A program made the position numbers and the translations under genes. Of a stretch of DNA of 64,000 bases, positions 48,744 through 59,572 are shown piece by piece. Under the pieces are notes generated by a model. The model was given only the letters and a program-made list of their open reading frames with translations. It had not been told where the DNA came from and did no database searches. Each line of letters starts with the position of its first letter. Positions within the stretch are counted from its first letter, which is position 1. The stretch is from positions 72,002 to 136,001 of the forward strand of contig JAKAVR010000001.1 in NCBI GenBank assembly GCA_021817225.1, read 5' to 3'. The DNA is from Thermoplasmata archaeon (GTDB lineage Archaea; Thermoplasmatota; Thermoplasmata; Sysuiplasmatales; Sysuiplasmataceae).

Positions 48744-49526
48744 TCAATCCCTCGTGAACCTGAGTTTCACCAGGAATTTCAGGTTGTTCCATCCGTCTTT
48801 CCAGGTCCTGAGCTTCTTCTCTCCCTGCCTGAGGCTGAACTCCACTGGAATCTCCTTGAAGCGGACGTGCTTCGCCGCCTTGATCTTTATTTCCTCCGAG
48901 AACGGAAATCCGTTGCTTCTCACATTCAGCTTTTCGAAGACGGACTTCTTCAGTATCCACATACCGCTCTGCGTGTCGCTCAACCTTACACCGAACAGAA
49001 CTCTCGTTGTCACATTCAGTATCCAGTTGCCGAACCGGTGAGTCCTGTTCATCGCTCCTTCCCTCATCTGGCCGAATCTGTTCGCTGTAATGAAGTCAAG
49101 CTGTTCCCTGTTGAATATGCCAAGCAGAAATGGTATAGCCTCGGGCGGGTATGATGCGTCGGCATCCATTGTTATAATTGTCTCCCCCGCGGCAGCTCCA
49201 AAACCGGTCTTGTATGCCCTGCCATAGCCTCTCTCCGGCTCCCTTACGACCCTGCATCCCTTCTGCTGCGCTATCTCTGTGGTCCTGTCCCTGGAGTTGG
49301 TATCCACTATGATGATTTCGTAGTCTCTTGTCACCGAGTCCAGATTTGCTCTGATCCTGTCCACTACGGGGCCTATGGACTTTTCTTCGTTTATCGTGGG
49401 TATGATTACCGATATCACGGTGCTACAACGAGGATTGAACGTTCCTCCCCTAATAATCATTGTCGTTATATTCGCAGCCCTGCGCATGCTTGGGCAGGCC
49501 GATCTTCCGGGTCCAGGTGACGCCAT
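48744..49526 (-). CDS. family-2 glycosyltransferase (Dpm1-like)
   Basis: 'ISVIIPTINEEKSIGPVV ... YEIIIVDTNSRDRT'. Confidence 0.8.
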   Translation of the reverse strand: MASPGPGRSACPSMRRAANITTMIIRGGTFNPRCSTVISVIIPTINEEKSIGPVVDRIRANLDSVTRDYEIIIVDTNSRDRTTEIAQQKGCRVVREPERGYGRAYKTGFGAAAGETIITMDADASYPPEAIPFLLGIFNREQLDFITANRFGQMREGAMNRTHRFGNWILNVTTRVLFGVRLSDTQSGMWILKKSVFEKLNVRSNGFPFSEEIKIKAAKHVRFKEIPVEFSLRQGEKKLRTWKDGWNNLKFLVKLRFTRD

Positions 49527-49573
49527 TCATAAAGGCACGTGGTTTCGGTCCCGAATCACTGCACAGGGCAGAA

Positions 49574-50359
49574 TCAGGTCTCGATCCTTCCTTCTCCGAA
49601 CAGTTTGTACGCCACATAACCCATGAGGGCCGCGAATACCCTGATCATGGAATACATTGTCATCTTCCTCTTGAAGAGCTCCAGCGGTCTGTAGCTTGAC
49701 CAGAGCCTGCCGTATTTCAATGTGAGCTGCTTTCTTCCGGCACCATTCCAGAAAGCCTGTTTTGCAAAGGAATAGAGGTTCTCCCTGGTCTTGTGGTAGA
49801 CAACAGCCTCCTCGTTGAACATGACCGGAAAGTGGCCGTCGACGGCCCTGATGTTCAGGTCGATATCCTCCGCCGTTATGAACCACCTGTCGAAGAATCC
49901 TATCCCGTCAACAACACTCCTGTGATACACGAGGTTGCAGGAAGGGTAAGTAACATCCATCCCTCGTCTGTACAGTTCGACTCTTTCCAGCCCGATATAC
50001 GGTCCCTGGCCTATGTAAACGGTCTTGCCTGCGACCACTCCAGGTGAATTCATTTTCTTCTGCACTTCGGGCAACCAGTTGCTGTCTGCAATGCAGTCTC
50101 CGTCTATGAAAGCAAAGGCATCACCCCTGGCCAGGTTGATGCCTATGTTACGACCTTCCCCCCTCTTGCAGCCCTGGACGACCAGATGTACGTAGTCATA
50201 CTTTCCCGCAAACTCCCTGACCGTGTCCGCTGTGCCGTCCTCACTGTCGGAATCTACAACAATGATCTCCTTGTCCACACCCTGCCTCACGAGGCTGTCT
50301 AGGAGGTCCCTTATGTTTTCCCCCTCGTTTCTCACTGTTATGATGACGCTGAACAGCAC
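49574..50359 (-). CDS. family-2 glycosyltransferase
   Basis: 'FSVIITVRNEGENIRDLLDSL ... IIVVDSDSEDGT'. Confidence 0.75.
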   Translation of the reverse strand: MLFSVIITVRNEGENIRDLLDSLVRQGVDKEIIVVDSDSEDGTADTVREFAGKYDYVHLVVQGCKRGEGRNIGINLARGDAFAFIDGDCIADSNWLPEVQKKMNSPGVVAGKTVYIGQGPYIGLERVELYRRGMDVTYPSCNLVYHRSVVDGIGFFDRWFITAEDIDLNIRAVDGHFPVMFNEEAVVYHKTRENLYSFAKQAFWNGAGRKQLTLKYGRLWSSYRPLELFKRKMTMYSMIRVFAALMGYVAYKLFGEGRIET

Positions 50360-50401
50360 AACTGGGCATTTGTGTTACGCTTAATAAACTGACACCCCTG
50401 A

Positions 50402-50971
50402 TCATGCGGACCGGGGCGCGCTGCGCAGGTAATCGTCAACAGCCTGCAGTATGCCCTGCTTCCCAACAATTGCATACTTCAGGCCAGCCCTTCTTGCCAT
50501 CTCACCGTCAATGTCATCCCTGTCACCTATGACATATTCGTCGGAGGAGCCATGGTCCTTCCTTGCCTGGGCAATCAGTCCGCTGAGCGGCTTCCTGCAT
50601 CCGCAGCCGTCATCAGGTTTGTGCGGGCAGTAGTATATCCCGTCAATGTGGGCATCATGTCCAGCAAGCTGCCTCTTCATCTCGTCATTCACCTCAGCCA
50701 TCTGGGTGACGTTGAAGTATTCCCTCCCTATGCCAGACTGGTTCGTCAGCACTATCACCGTGACACCACTTCTGTTCAGCCTGCTGATGGCTTCGCCTGC
50801 TCCTTTCATCAGCCTCACCTGCTCCCTGCTGCTGCAGTAGGGGCAGTCTTCGATTATCGTATTGTCCCTGTCCAGGTATACTGTCCTCTTTCCCATGTCT
50901 CCTGCTGTGATCGGAATCATCCCACATGCATGAATGTTTTCCAGGTGAAAACATTTTACAGCACCCCGCAA
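50402..50971 (-). CDS. HAD-family phosphatase (GmhB / histidinol-phosphatase type)
   Basis: 'VYLDRDNTIIED', 'CGCRKP' signature, 'GDRDDIDGEMA'. Confidence 0.7.
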   Translation of the reverse strand: MRGAVKCFHLENIHACGMIPITAGDMGKRTVYLDRDNTIIEDCPYCSSREQVRLMKGAGEAISRLNRSGVTVIVLTNQSGIGREYFNVTQMAEVNDEMKRQLAGHDAHIDGIYYCPHKPDDGCGCRKPLSGLIAQARKDHGSSDEYVIGDRDDIDGEMARRAGLKYAIVGKQGILQAVDDYLRSAPRSA

Positions 50972-51423
50972 TGCCTGTGGTCATGGCAGACGACAAGCTG
51001 AGTGCGTTGCTCAACACTCTGCATGTGCCTCTCCCCGAGCTCAAGAAGGAAGAGAATTTCGGCCTGAAGATGCGCATCCAGCATGTTGCATACATGCTCC
51101 AGTTTGTCGGGGAGGAGGGCTTCAGCTTCTCATTCTCAACCTACTTCAGGGGACCGTATTCGGTTGATCTTGCCAGGAAATGCTCTCTCATGACAGAGAA
51201 TCCGGAGGGGGCGATAGGCAGAAGCGAGCTTGCAAGATGGTTCTTCGATCATGACCTTGAATGGCTCAATGCCGCCGTTACAATAATGATGCTCAGTTCT
51301 TCCCGCAGCGGCGGGGAGAGGGAGTGGTTCGAAGCTGCCCGTCAATACAGGGAAAGGCTGAGTGAGGAGGACTTCAAATCCATCCTCGTGGAACTCCGGG
51401 AAAGGAAGATAATCGCCGACTGA
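50970..51423 (+). CDS. hypothetical protein
   Basis: ~150 aa with protein-like composition. Start uncertain. Confidence 0.3.
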
Positions 51424-51425
51424 AT

Positions 51426-54329
51426 TCAGCTGTTTTTCCCGGCCGCTGTCACCCTGCTCAGCTGGAGCCCGGCTGATCTCGCAAGCAGCAGAAGTGTCAT
51501 CTCGGGCGCCCGTCCCGTCGCCTGCTCTATCTGGAGCGCACACTCTTCACCGTCAGTGACAAGCACAGTGCCCTCATCCATTTCCCTGCCCGCCTCAACA
51601 AACACCTTCTTGCCTATCTCCATCGACAGATTGAAGGTCTCCTTTGCAAAACCGTAGCTTCCGCCTGCGCCGCAGCATCCTGCGTGTATCTCCTCAATCT
51701 CTGCACCGGGAATCATGTTCAGCAGCTCAACGACCTTCCTGTCCGTGCCGAGCGCCCTTGAATGGCAGGAGGGATGATACAGTATTCTTCTCGCTACGGG
51801 CTGGAAATCAAGGCCCGTCTCCTCCTCCCTTATGACATCGAGCAGGAATTCGTGAACGTCCACTACCCTCCTTGCCACTGTCCTGGATCGTTCATCGTCG
51901 ACAACGCTCAGGTAGTCGTTCCGGAGGGCCATCACAGCCGATGGCGAGGAGCAGACAACGGGCGTCCCCCTTACGGCGAACGGATAGAGGTAGCTTACAT
52001 TCTCAAGCACGTATTTGCCTGCCTCCCTGAGCATGCCAAGATATATCAGCGGCAGGCCGGTGAAGTGCTGTTTGGGGAAGAGTGTCGCGTAGCCCGCCTC
52101 CTCCAGAATGCCTACAACCGCCCTGCCAATCCTCGAGTCGAAGTAATTTGCATACATGTCGGAGAAGTAGGCAACCTCCCCCTTCTTTCCTGGCCTGGAG
52201 ACATGTTTCTCGAACCACTCGCTGAATGGCTCGAGGTCAAACTCAGGGATCTTCCTCCGCCTGTCGATTCCGAATGCGTGCTCAAGAGCAGATCTCGCAT
52301 TCCTTGATTTTATCAGCCTGTTTGAGAGCCTGGCCACGCTTGAGGCAATCATCGTGTACAGCTCGTAATCCGAGAAGAACCTGGAAGTTCTCCCGACTGT
52401 TCCAGCGCCGGTACGTTTGACATGCTGTGCCCTCGCCTCAATCATGATCTTAGGCGTATTGACATGGCTCGGGCACTCGGCCGCACACATCTTGCATTCA
52501 ATGCAGTAATCGTAGATGGAACGTGCGTACTCGCCGCTGTACATCGCGATTGTGGGCACACCTCCCATGTTGCTCAGCAGCCTGACAAGGTTGTTCAGGC
52601 CCCGCGGAGAAGTGAGTTCACTGCCTGTTGTCTTGTACACCGGGCACTGCGTCTCAATGAATGAAAGCGTTCTGCACTCTCCGCATCCGTGGCATGCCTC
52701 TATTTCATCTATCATTGACAGGGGTCGCTCGTCGAATCTGGAGATTACATCAGGAGTGTTCCAGTTGAGCCTGGGCCTGAATGGCCTTCTCTCGTGCTCG
52801 GGGCCAAACCTGTATGGCTGCTCTTCCTCGGTGTCTGGCTGTCTCTGCCCGCCAAGTATGTTCAGTGGATCGAAACTCTTTTTCAGAAGCTCGAAAGCAG
52901 TTGTGAGTCTTTCATCCATGGCATAACGGACGTAGGGCAGAAGCTGCAGTCCTATTCCATTCTCCGATGATATCCTTCCCCCCTCCGCCTTCAGTGCGGT
53001 TGCGAGCTCGGTCATGAATGATGCGAGCTTTTCTCTGTCGTCGGATCTCCTGAGGTTGAGGAACGGCCTGATGTACATTATGCCCTCCGCCGCATGTCCG
53101 AACACGAGCGACCTGAGGGCATAGCGCCTCGAAATCTCTTCCACCGCAATCATCAGGTCGGGTATTTTTGCAGGCGGGACCTCCACTCCCTCTGCCGCGA
53201 CAACGTACCTTCCGGAGGGAGACGGCCTCTGAAGCCCGTGTATCGCATCCTTGAGGCTCTGCACGACTTCTTCCGGGCTACCCCCGACATCAACGATCTC
53301 CGCTGCTCCCCTGCCTGCAAGATCTTCTTTCGAAAGACCGTCTGATTTGAATATTGCCAGAAGCCAGTGCATCACGTTCCGTGGAAAGGTGAACCCCTGG
53401 TGGACGGACCTGAACGCGGATGCAAGTGTCTGGTCAATGTATTCCAGGCAGACCGCATCCTCCCCGGCAGTGGCTGCAAATCTGAATGCATCCTTCGCAG
53501 TCCCGAATCCTATCAGCACGGAGCGAGCCGTGTCAAGCCTGTCAACTATCCTCATTGTTGCAGAGGTGAATATGGTGAGTGAACCCTCTGAACCGATCAT
53601 AAGGTCAACGAAGTCGATGCTGTCCTCTTTGAGCGAAGAAATCCTGTAGCCGCACGTTCCACGGAATGGCGCAGTGGTCTCCTTCAGCAGCGGCAGCAAC
53701 TTTGACTTCAGAATATCAATATCCGGATGCTGTATCTCGCCCGCTCCCCTCTTCAGCTCTAGTCTCCTGCCTTCCGCGTTTACAGTTTCTATTGCAACAA
53801 CAATGTCGTGCATTCTGCCGAAACCAGTCGAAAGAAAACCGCCCGCATCATTCGATATGCATCCACCCACTGTGCACTTCCAGCCCTTGACAGGGAAAAT
53901 GGGAACCATCTTTCCGTATTTCTTAAGTTCAAGATTCAGTGCCTCTATGGTTATCCCTGCACTTGCTGTGACGAGACCGTTTGCTATATCCAGCGCGAGG
54001 ATGGAATTCATGTTGCGGCTGAAATCAAGAACAATGCCGTGGCCAAGGGCTGCATCCGTCACGCTTGTTCCGGCACCCCTCGGAGTCACTGGTATTGCGT
54101 ATCTGCGGCAGAACTGGAGAGTCTCGACGACATCGTCCGCCCCCTCTGGTGCAATGACGGCCAGCGGCTCAATCTCGAAGTTTCCCGCATTTGTCGAATA
54201 GGAGCTTTTCTCTATCGCCGAATCGGCGATCTTGCCGCTTATCCTTCCTTCGAGTTCGGCTCTGTGCCTCCTCCAGACCTCCTCGAATCCGCCAGATGTG
54301 AGAAGTGTCATTATTACAGCTGGAAACAA
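51426..54329 (-). CDS. FAD-linked oxidase fused to Fe-S (CCG-domain) oxidoreductase (GlcD-GlcF-like)
   Basis: 967 aa. N-terminal FAD-binding PCMH-type region and C-terminal Cys clusters 'CHGCGEC ... CIECKMCAAECP'. Confidence 0.75.
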   Translation of the reverse strand: MFPAVIMTLLTSGGFEEVWRRHRAELEGRISGKIADSAIEKSSYSTNAGNFEIEPLAVIAPEGADDVVETLQFCRRYAIPVTPRGAGTSVTDAALGHGIVLDFSRNMNSILALDIANGLVTASAGITIEALNLELKKYGKMVPIFPVKGWKCTVGGCISNDAGGFLSTGFGRMHDIVVAIETVNAEGRRLELKRGAGEIQHPDIDILKSKLLPLLKETTAPFRGTCGYRISSLKEDSIDFVDLMIGSEGSLTIFTSATMRIVDRLDTARSVLIGFGTAKDAFRFAATAGEDAVCLEYIDQTLASAFRSVHQGFTFPRNVMHWLLAIFKSDGLSKEDLAGRGAAEIVDVGGSPEEVVQSLKDAIHGLQRPSPSGRYVVAAEGVEVPPAKIPDLMIAVEEISRRYALRSLVFGHAAEGIMYIRPFLNLRRSDDREKLASFMTELATALKAEGGRISSENGIGLQLLPYVRYAMDERLTTAFELLKKSFDPLNILGGQRQPDTEEEQPYRFGPEHERRPFRPRLNWNTPDVISRFDERPLSMIDEIEACHGCGECRTLSFIETQCPVYKTTGSELTSPRGLNNLVRLLSNMGGVPTIAMYSGEYARSIYDYCIECKMCAAECPSHVNTPKIMIEARAQHVKRTGAGTVGRTSRFFSDYELYTMIASSVARLSNRLIKSRNARSALEHAFGIDRRRKIPEFDLEPFSEWFEKHVSRPGKKGEVAYFSDMYANYFDSRIGRAVVGILEEAGYATLFPKQHFTGLPLIYLGMLREAGKYVLENVSYLYPFAVRGTPVVCSSPSAVMALRNDYLSVVDDERSRTVARRVVDVHEFLLDVIREEETGLDFQPVARRILYHPSCHSRALGTDRKVVELLNMIPGAEIEEIHAGCCGAGGSYGFAKETFNLSMEIGKKVFVEAGREMDEGTVLVTDGEECALQIEQATGRAPEMTLLLLARSAGLQLSRVTAAGKNS

Positions 54330-54390
54330 ACGGTGGCGCGTATTTAAACGAATTCGACGCTGTCGCTTTACCGCGGAACAAACGATTTAA

Positions 54391-54882
54391 TTGAAGCAGG
54401 CAGTTATGTTCATTCCCGGAGGCAATGGAATGGTAAGCGTAGGTGACAAAGCACCCGATTTCAAACTGAGAGCGGACGACGGCAGGGAATACAGTCTCGG
54501 ATCGATGAAGGGCAAGAAGGTTGTCCTCTACTTCTATCCGAAGGACGACACGCCCGGATGCACCGTGGAGGCCTGCGGCTTCAGAGACGGCATTTCCGCA
54601 ATATCGGGGAAGAATGCTGTTGTCCTCGGCGTAAGCAGGGACACTGTCGATTCGCACAGGAAGTTCAAGTCGAAGTACAGTCTCAATTTCCCTCTTCTTG
54701 CAGACACCGAATCGAAGGTATGCGAGGCATACGGTGTCCTAAAGGAAAAGACGATGTACGGCAAGAAATCAATCGGCATCGTCAGGAGCACGTTTGTCAT
54801 AGATGAGGCAGGCAAAATAGCCGGTGTTATTTCGCCCGTGAAACCCGAGGGGCACGAGAAGGAAGTGCTTCAGTACCTGTGA
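54391..54882 (+). CDS. bcp: peroxiredoxin Bcp
   Basis: 'VGDKAPDF ... KKVVLYFYPKDDTPGCTVEAC'. Confidence 0.85.
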   Translation: MKQAVMFIPGGNGMVSVGDKAPDFKLRADDGREYSLGSMKGKKVVLYFYPKDDTPGCTVEACGFRDGISAISGKNAVVLGVSRDTVDSHRKFKSKYSLNFPLLADTESKVCEAYGVLKEKTMYGKKSIGIVRSTFVIDEAGKIAGVISPVKPEGHEKEVLQYL

Positions 54883-54893
54883 AGTTGCAGGTG

Positions 54894-55589
54894 TCAGGCA
54901 TCATCAAGGATGTGCCCCATTTTCCTTTTCTTTGTGCTGAGGTAACGGGAGTTGACCCTGTTGCCCTTGACTCTCAGGGGCTCCCTTCCGGTCACCTTCA
55001 CGCCCAGTGTCTTCAGCTGGACTACCTTGTCAGGATTGTTTGTAAGGAGCACGATTGACTTCACGCCGAGATCGTTGAGGATGTATGCAGCGCCGTCGTA
55101 GCTTCTCTCATCCGGCTCGAAGCCAAGGAGCAAATTTGCCGCGACTGTGTCAATGCCCTGATCCTGCATGTGGTAAGCCCTCACCTTGTTCAGCAGCCCA
55201 ATCCCCCTTCCCTCCTGCCTGAGGTACAGTATTATTCCTCTCCCCTTCTTCTCAATGGCACGCATCGACTTCCTCAGCTGCTCACCGCAATCGCACCTGA
55301 GCGAACCAAGCGCATCACCCGTGAGGCATTCACTGTGGACCCTTACAAGCACATCCTCCCTTCCCCTGACGTCCCCTTTGATGATCGCCAGATGATCCCT
55401 CCCGTCCACTGCATCCTCGTATGCAATGGCACGGAAATTGCCGTAACGCGTGGGCAGCTTTGCCTCTACCGTCCTGATGAAGTCGCGTTTCCTCCCGGAA
55501 GCACTTCCATTTCGAGCCCCTTTTGCCATCGGTCTTCTTCTCCCTTGTAACAGCTGCGTACAGCACTTAAGCCTGACGGATCTGCACAT
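54894..55589 (-). CDS. ribA: GTP cyclohydrolase II
   Basis: 'VRVHSECLTGDALGSLRCDCGEQL'. Confidence 0.8.
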   Translation of the reverse strand: MCRSVRLKCCTQLLQGRRRPMAKGARNGSASGRKRDFIRTVEAKLPTRYGNFRAIAYEDAVDGRDHLAIIKGDVRGREDVLVRVHSECLTGDALGSLRCDCGEQLRKSMRAIEKKGRGIILYLRQEGRGIGLLNKVRAYHMQDQGIDTVAANLLLGFEPDERSYDGAAYILNDLGVKSIVLLTNNPDKVVQLKTLGVKVTGREPLRVKGNRVNSRYLSTKKRKMGHILDDA

Positions 55590-55634
55590 TCAGCAGGTTG
55601 GCAACTGGATTCAGTTTATTTATCCCCTCAATGT

Positions 55635-56702
55635 TTGACACCCGATACGATGGCGAGACAGGCAGTGTCCAGGAAGTCGCTTCTTTCCAAGCCGGTGAAG
55701 AGCATTGACCTCGAGGATGCGGACAGCATCACAAAACTTGTTGATGCCTTCAAGTCGGCCTCAATCCAGGCAAGGAACATCGGCAAGGCTGCCGAGGTCT
55801 ACGAAAACATGCTGACCGATGACGACAGGCCTACAGTGATTCTTGGCCTTTCTGGTGCGCTAATCGCCGCGGGACTGAGGAAGGTCATCAGGGACATGGT
55901 GAAAAGAGGACTCGTGGATGTCATTGTCTCGACGGGAGCAGTGCTGTACCAGGACATGTACCAGGCGAGGGGGTACAAGCATTACGTCGGCAGCCCATAT
56001 GCGGATGACACGGTGCTCAGGGACATGGCCATCGACAGGATATATGATACCTACGTGGATGAGCTGAAATTCGAGGAAACAGACAGGTACATAGCCTCCG
56101 TGATAGAGTCGATGGGTCCTGGCGTCTACTCCTCGAGGGAGGTAATGGCCGCTCTCTCATCCAGGCTCAGGGACGAACAATCCATACTCTACACTGCGCA
56201 CAGGCTCGGTGTCCCTGTTTTCAGCCCGGCGCTGAACGACAGCTCGATCGGCATAGGCCTCACGCTGCTTCATTTCAGGCAGTTAGGCTTGAAGGACAGC
56301 TTTGTCCTCGATTCAATCAAGGACAATTACGAGCTTGTTGAGATAATACTCAAGTCGAAGAAGACAGGGGTCATTTACATAGGGGGCGGCACCCCGAAGA
56401 ACTGGATCAATGATGCAGAGGTCATGGCCGGATACGCTTTCAACACCGACATCAAGGGTCACAGTTACGCTCTGCAGCTTACAACCGACGTGCCCCACTG
56501 GGGAGGTCTCAGCGGAAGCACCCTGGAGGAGGCGAGATCATGGGGGAAGATACAGAAGAAGGCAACAACGGCCACCGCATATGTCGAGGCCAGCGTGTCA
56601 CTCCCTCTCATCGCAGGCTATGTGCTCGGAAAGAAACTTTACAGGGGAAGGAAGAGGCTCCGGTTCAAATGGGACAGGAATGGCAGTCTTGAGCTCTCCT
56701 GA
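55635..56702 (+). CDS. dys: deoxyhypusine synthase
   Basis: 'ILGLSGALIAAGLR', 'VDVIVSTGA', 'IGGGTPKNWI', 'GGLSGSTLEEARSWGKI'. Confidence 0.75.
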   Translation: MTPDTMARQAVSRKSLLSKPVKSIDLEDADSITKLVDAFKSASIQARNIGKAAEVYENMLTDDDRPTVILGLSGALIAAGLRKVIRDMVKRGLVDVIVSTGAVLYQDMYQARGYKHYVGSPYADDTVLRDMAIDRIYDTYVDELKFEETDRYIASVIESMGPGVYSSREVMAALSSRLRDEQSILYTAHRLGVPVFSPALNDSSIGIGLTLLHFRQLGLKDSFVLDSIKDNYELVEIILKSKKTGVIYIGGGTPKNWINDAEVMAGYAFNTDIKGHSYALQLTTDVPHWGGLSGSTLEEARSWGKIQKKATTATAYVEASVSLPLIAGYVLGKKLYRGRKRLRFKWDRNGSLELS

Positions 56703-56767
56703 GCACCTGAGTATCAGGCAAAGTTTATCTACACAACCATTTTCATAATCAGCTTGAGAAGTGAAGT

Positions 56768-57106
56768 ATGGCAGGCAATGGTACGATTGACAAACCGATG
56801 GAAGTGACAGACGACACGTTCAGCGATACAATCAAGAAATACCCAATGGTGGTCGTCGACTGCTGGGCGGGATGGTGCCAGCCCTGCAAGATGATAGCAC
56901 CCTCGGTGGAACAGCTGGCAAAGGAATTGAGCGGCAAGGTCGTCTTCGGGAAACTGGACGTGGACGCAAACGCTTCAACACCGGCGGAATACGGTATAAT
57001 GAGCATACCGACGCTACTTATTTTCAAGAACGGCAAGCATGTTGACACGATCATTGGCGCAGTCCCCAAGTCGATGATAAAGGACGCAATTGACAGACAC
57101 ATGTGA
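56768..57106 (+). CDS. trx: thioredoxin
   Basis: 'VVVDCWAGWCQPCKMIAP'. Confidence 0.85.
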   Translation: MAGNGTIDKPMEVTDDTFSDTIKKYPMVVVDCWAGWCQPCKMIAPSVEQLAKELSGKVVFGKLDVDANASTPAEYGIMSIPTLLIFKNGKHVDTIIGAVPKSMIKDAIDRHM

Positions 57107-57801
57107 GAAACATGTGCAGGATGATGGGTGCAATTTCTTCAGGCAGCCTTCCTGTTGAGGAGTTTGAGCTGTTCGGCAATTATGCCATTTCCGAATGGTC
57201 ACCCAATGGAAAGGGGCATGCTGACGGCTGGGGCATATACACCAGTGACGGCCAGAGCGGCGGGTATGCAGGACGCGACTCGTCCAGTGCGTACGGCAAT
57301 CTGAGATTCCTTGCCTCTGCCGAGAAGCTGAGGGGAAAGCACGGAATTGCCATGGTCCACATAAGGAACGCCTCCTGCGGCACCGTCAGGACAGAAAATT
57401 CACATCCATTTGTTCAGGGAAGGTACGCCCTCGCCCACAACGGTACAATCAAGTTCCCGAAGGGTTCTGAGGATGTCACGGACAGCGAGCTTCTTTTCAG
57501 GCACATTCTTGGCAAAGTCCCGGCGATGGGTTTCCGCGATGCCCTCGTGGATGGAATAAACACGGCAAGGGAAGCAGGCTTCTCCGGCCTTGTCCTGCTT
57601 GCAACAGACGGTGAGACGCTTTACGGCTTCAGGGACTACTCCGAACGTCCGGATTACTACACGCTCAGCTACTGTGGCATAGATGGCGGAGCAATGATAT
57701 CACAGGTCAGAAGCAGCGGTCACGACTGGACCGACCTTCGGAAGGGGCAGCTTCTTTCCGTTCGTTCCGACGGAACTCTGCTTGTTGAAGATTTGGCGTG
57801 A
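57103..57801 (+). CDS. class-II (Ntn) glutamine amidotransferase domain protein
   Basis: N-terminal Cys after Met ('MRNMCRMMG'), 'HIRNASCGTVRTENSHPF', 'ALAHNGTI'. Confidence 0.55.
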   Translation: MRNMCRMMGAISSGSLPVEEFELFGNYAISEWSPNGKGHADGWGIYTSDGQSGGYAGRDSSSAYGNLRFLASAEKLRGKHGIAMVHIRNASCGTVRTENSHPFVQGRYALAHNGTIKFPKGSEDVTDSELLFRHILGKVPAMGFRDALVDGINTAREAGFSGLVLLATDGETLYGFRDYSERPDYYTLSYCGIDGGAMISQVRSSGHDWTDLRKGQLLSVRSDGTLLVEDLA

Positions 57802-57803
57802 AT

Positions 57804-58064
57804 CTACTCCTTGGTTGGAAGCATTTCAAGGCCGAGATGCTTGTTACGGCTCTCTTCCCTGCAGTGCATCTGCCAAGCTCGCTCAACGTGTTCGCAGGTT
57901 GCAAGTCTTTCGAACGCAGGGCAGTCGCAGAAAGTCCTGTCCTTGACTATGCTGACCGTCCTTGTCCTGCCCGTGGACTCGGCCCTTATTGCATAGACGA
58001 AAATCCATTCGTCCCCTTTTCCCTTGATAGCCATCAATGTGCATCCCGACAACCATGATATCAT
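57804..58064 (-). CDS. small SWIM-type zinc-finger protein
   Basis: 'FCDCPAFERLATCEHV' is a CxC...CxH pattern. Confidence 0.4.
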   Translation of the reverse strand: MISWLSGCTLMAIKGKGDEWIFVYAIRAESTGRTRTVSIVKDRTFCDCPAFERLATCEHVERAWQMHCREESRNKHLGLEMLPTKE

Positions 58065-58101
58065 TTCTCATTCTTAAGCCTTGTGAAGAAATGCCATTTT
58101 G

Positions 58102-58578
58102 TCATGCATCTGTCTGACGATTATCCTCTTCGGAAGATGTGAACCAGGCCGGCATGAAGGGGAACAATTGCGCATCATGCTCCTCGAGCGCGATGCTGTT
58201 TCCGTCTGTGTCGCGCAGCAGGGCATATCTTCCCCAGAATGTCTCCCCGATGGTGCCTTTTGCTATGGTGCCGTCTGCCCTCATGCCTATCTCTATTTCC
58301 TCGAAAACCGCTCCCCTGCCTTTCAGAGTTGCCACAGCCTCGTCCATGCCGTAGACTTCAAACTTCAGCTCCTGGCTGCCGCTCGCCTGGCCATAAGAAA
58401 TCTCAAGCGAAACTCCCCTGCAGTCAAGCACCACATACATTTCCTCTCTCCTTAGCGCTCTCAGGCCGAGGACATGCGAGTAGAAGTCACCGAGTCTGGC
58501 TGGATTGGCGCTCCTGATTGTCATGACGGCAATGCACAGATTCATGGAAGAGGAATCTCCCGGCGGGTTATCAACCAT
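58102..58578 (-). CDS. VOC/glyoxalase-family protein
   Basis: 158 aa with beta-alpha-beta-beta-beta-like repeats typical of the glyoxalase fold ('FYSHVLGL', 'ALLRDTDGNSIAL'). Confidence 0.5.
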   Translation of the reverse strand: MVDNPPGDSSSMNLCIAVMTIRSANPARLGDFYSHVLGLRALRREEMYVVLDCRGVSLEISYGQASGSQELKFEVYGMDEAVATLKGRGAVFEEIEIGMRADGTIAKGTIGETFWGRYALLRDTDGNSIALEEHDAQLFPFMPAWFTSSEEDNRQTDA

Positions 58579-58589
58579 GCTCCGTCACA

Positions 58590-59087
58590 ATGTACCTATA
58601 TTTTTATATCTTTGACATCGATTCGGTACGGATGTCATTCGAAATTACAGTTGTTTCAAACACTCCTCTCACACCGCTTGCCGACATGGATGAGATACTC
58701 TCGATATTCCTCTCCCAGGTCGGGTACATTCCACCGGGATATACCCCAAGGAATGCGGCCGCGGATGTCGAAAGCAGCATTCCATTCAGGATATTCCGTG
58801 ACTACTTTCTCAGGAAGCCTGACAGGGTCTGGCTCATAGACGAGATTGCCGCAGACATTGAGGCCACCAAGGCCTCGGTGTACAGGCACATAAACAAGCT
58901 CAAGTCGCTCGACCTCCTGGAGGAGGGATACATCGACAGGAAGGGAAGCCAGAAGAAAGGGTACAGAATCAGGTACGGCAATCTCAGCAAGGCATGGAAT
59001 TTCACAGAATCCAATGTCCAGGCTGCAATGGATTCGTACAGGAAGACAGTTGATCACATCCAGCGTCTTTCGGAGGGATCAAAGTGA
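58590..59087 (+). CDS. winged-helix transcriptional regulator (putative)
   Basis: 'LIDEIAADIEATKASVYRHINKLKSLDLLEE' is an HTH. Confidence 0.4.
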   Translation: MYLYFYIFDIDSVRMSFEITVVSNTPLTPLADMDEILSIFLSQVGYIPPGYTPRNAAADVESSIPFRIFRDYFLRKPDRVWLIDEIAADIEATKASVYRHINKLKSLDLLEEGYIDRKGSQKKGYRIRYGNLSKAWNFTESNVQAAMDSYRKTVDHIQRLSEGSK

Positions 59088-59362
59088 ACGAAGATGAGAA
59101 CTACTCGCTCGTGAAGGGGTCAGTCTACAGGGTCAGCAGCGCAAGCCCCGCCGACGCAGCGGTCGAAACGGAAGGCGTGTTTCTCGGTTACCAGCAGTTC
59201 GGCGAGGAGAGTGCGCTTGCAATAAGGATGACGGGAAAAGGAAAGACGGAGTCAGTGAGGATAATACCGTGCAGCGCTGTGCTCTATGTTGACGTGATTA
59301 AGCAGGAGAAGGAAGCAAAGAAACAGAAGGCAAAGCCCGAAAAGGTTGAATTCTACGGGTGA
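59084..59362 (+). CDS. hypothetical protein
   Basis: 92 aa, 4-nt overlap with the regulator gene. Confidence 0.3.
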   Translation: MNEDENYSLVKGSVYRVSSASPADAAVETEGVFLGYQQFGEESALAIRMTGKGKTESVRIIPCSAVLYVDVIKQEKEAKKQKAKPEKVEFYG

Positions 59363-59572
59363 ATGCAGGAGACTCCCGCGCACATCGGGATTGGCATGGA
59401 TGAACCGGCAGGGTGAACGCCCATATGCGGCAGAAAAGGCTCATCGGGGCAGAAGTCGAGAGAAGGCTGAAAGACATTCGGGGATGGTCGCCGGAGGAAG
59501 GGAAGCTCACAGTGCTTTTTGTTTTCAGCCATATGATGCACTGGCAAGTTTCTTAGTCTTATCACTCATAGA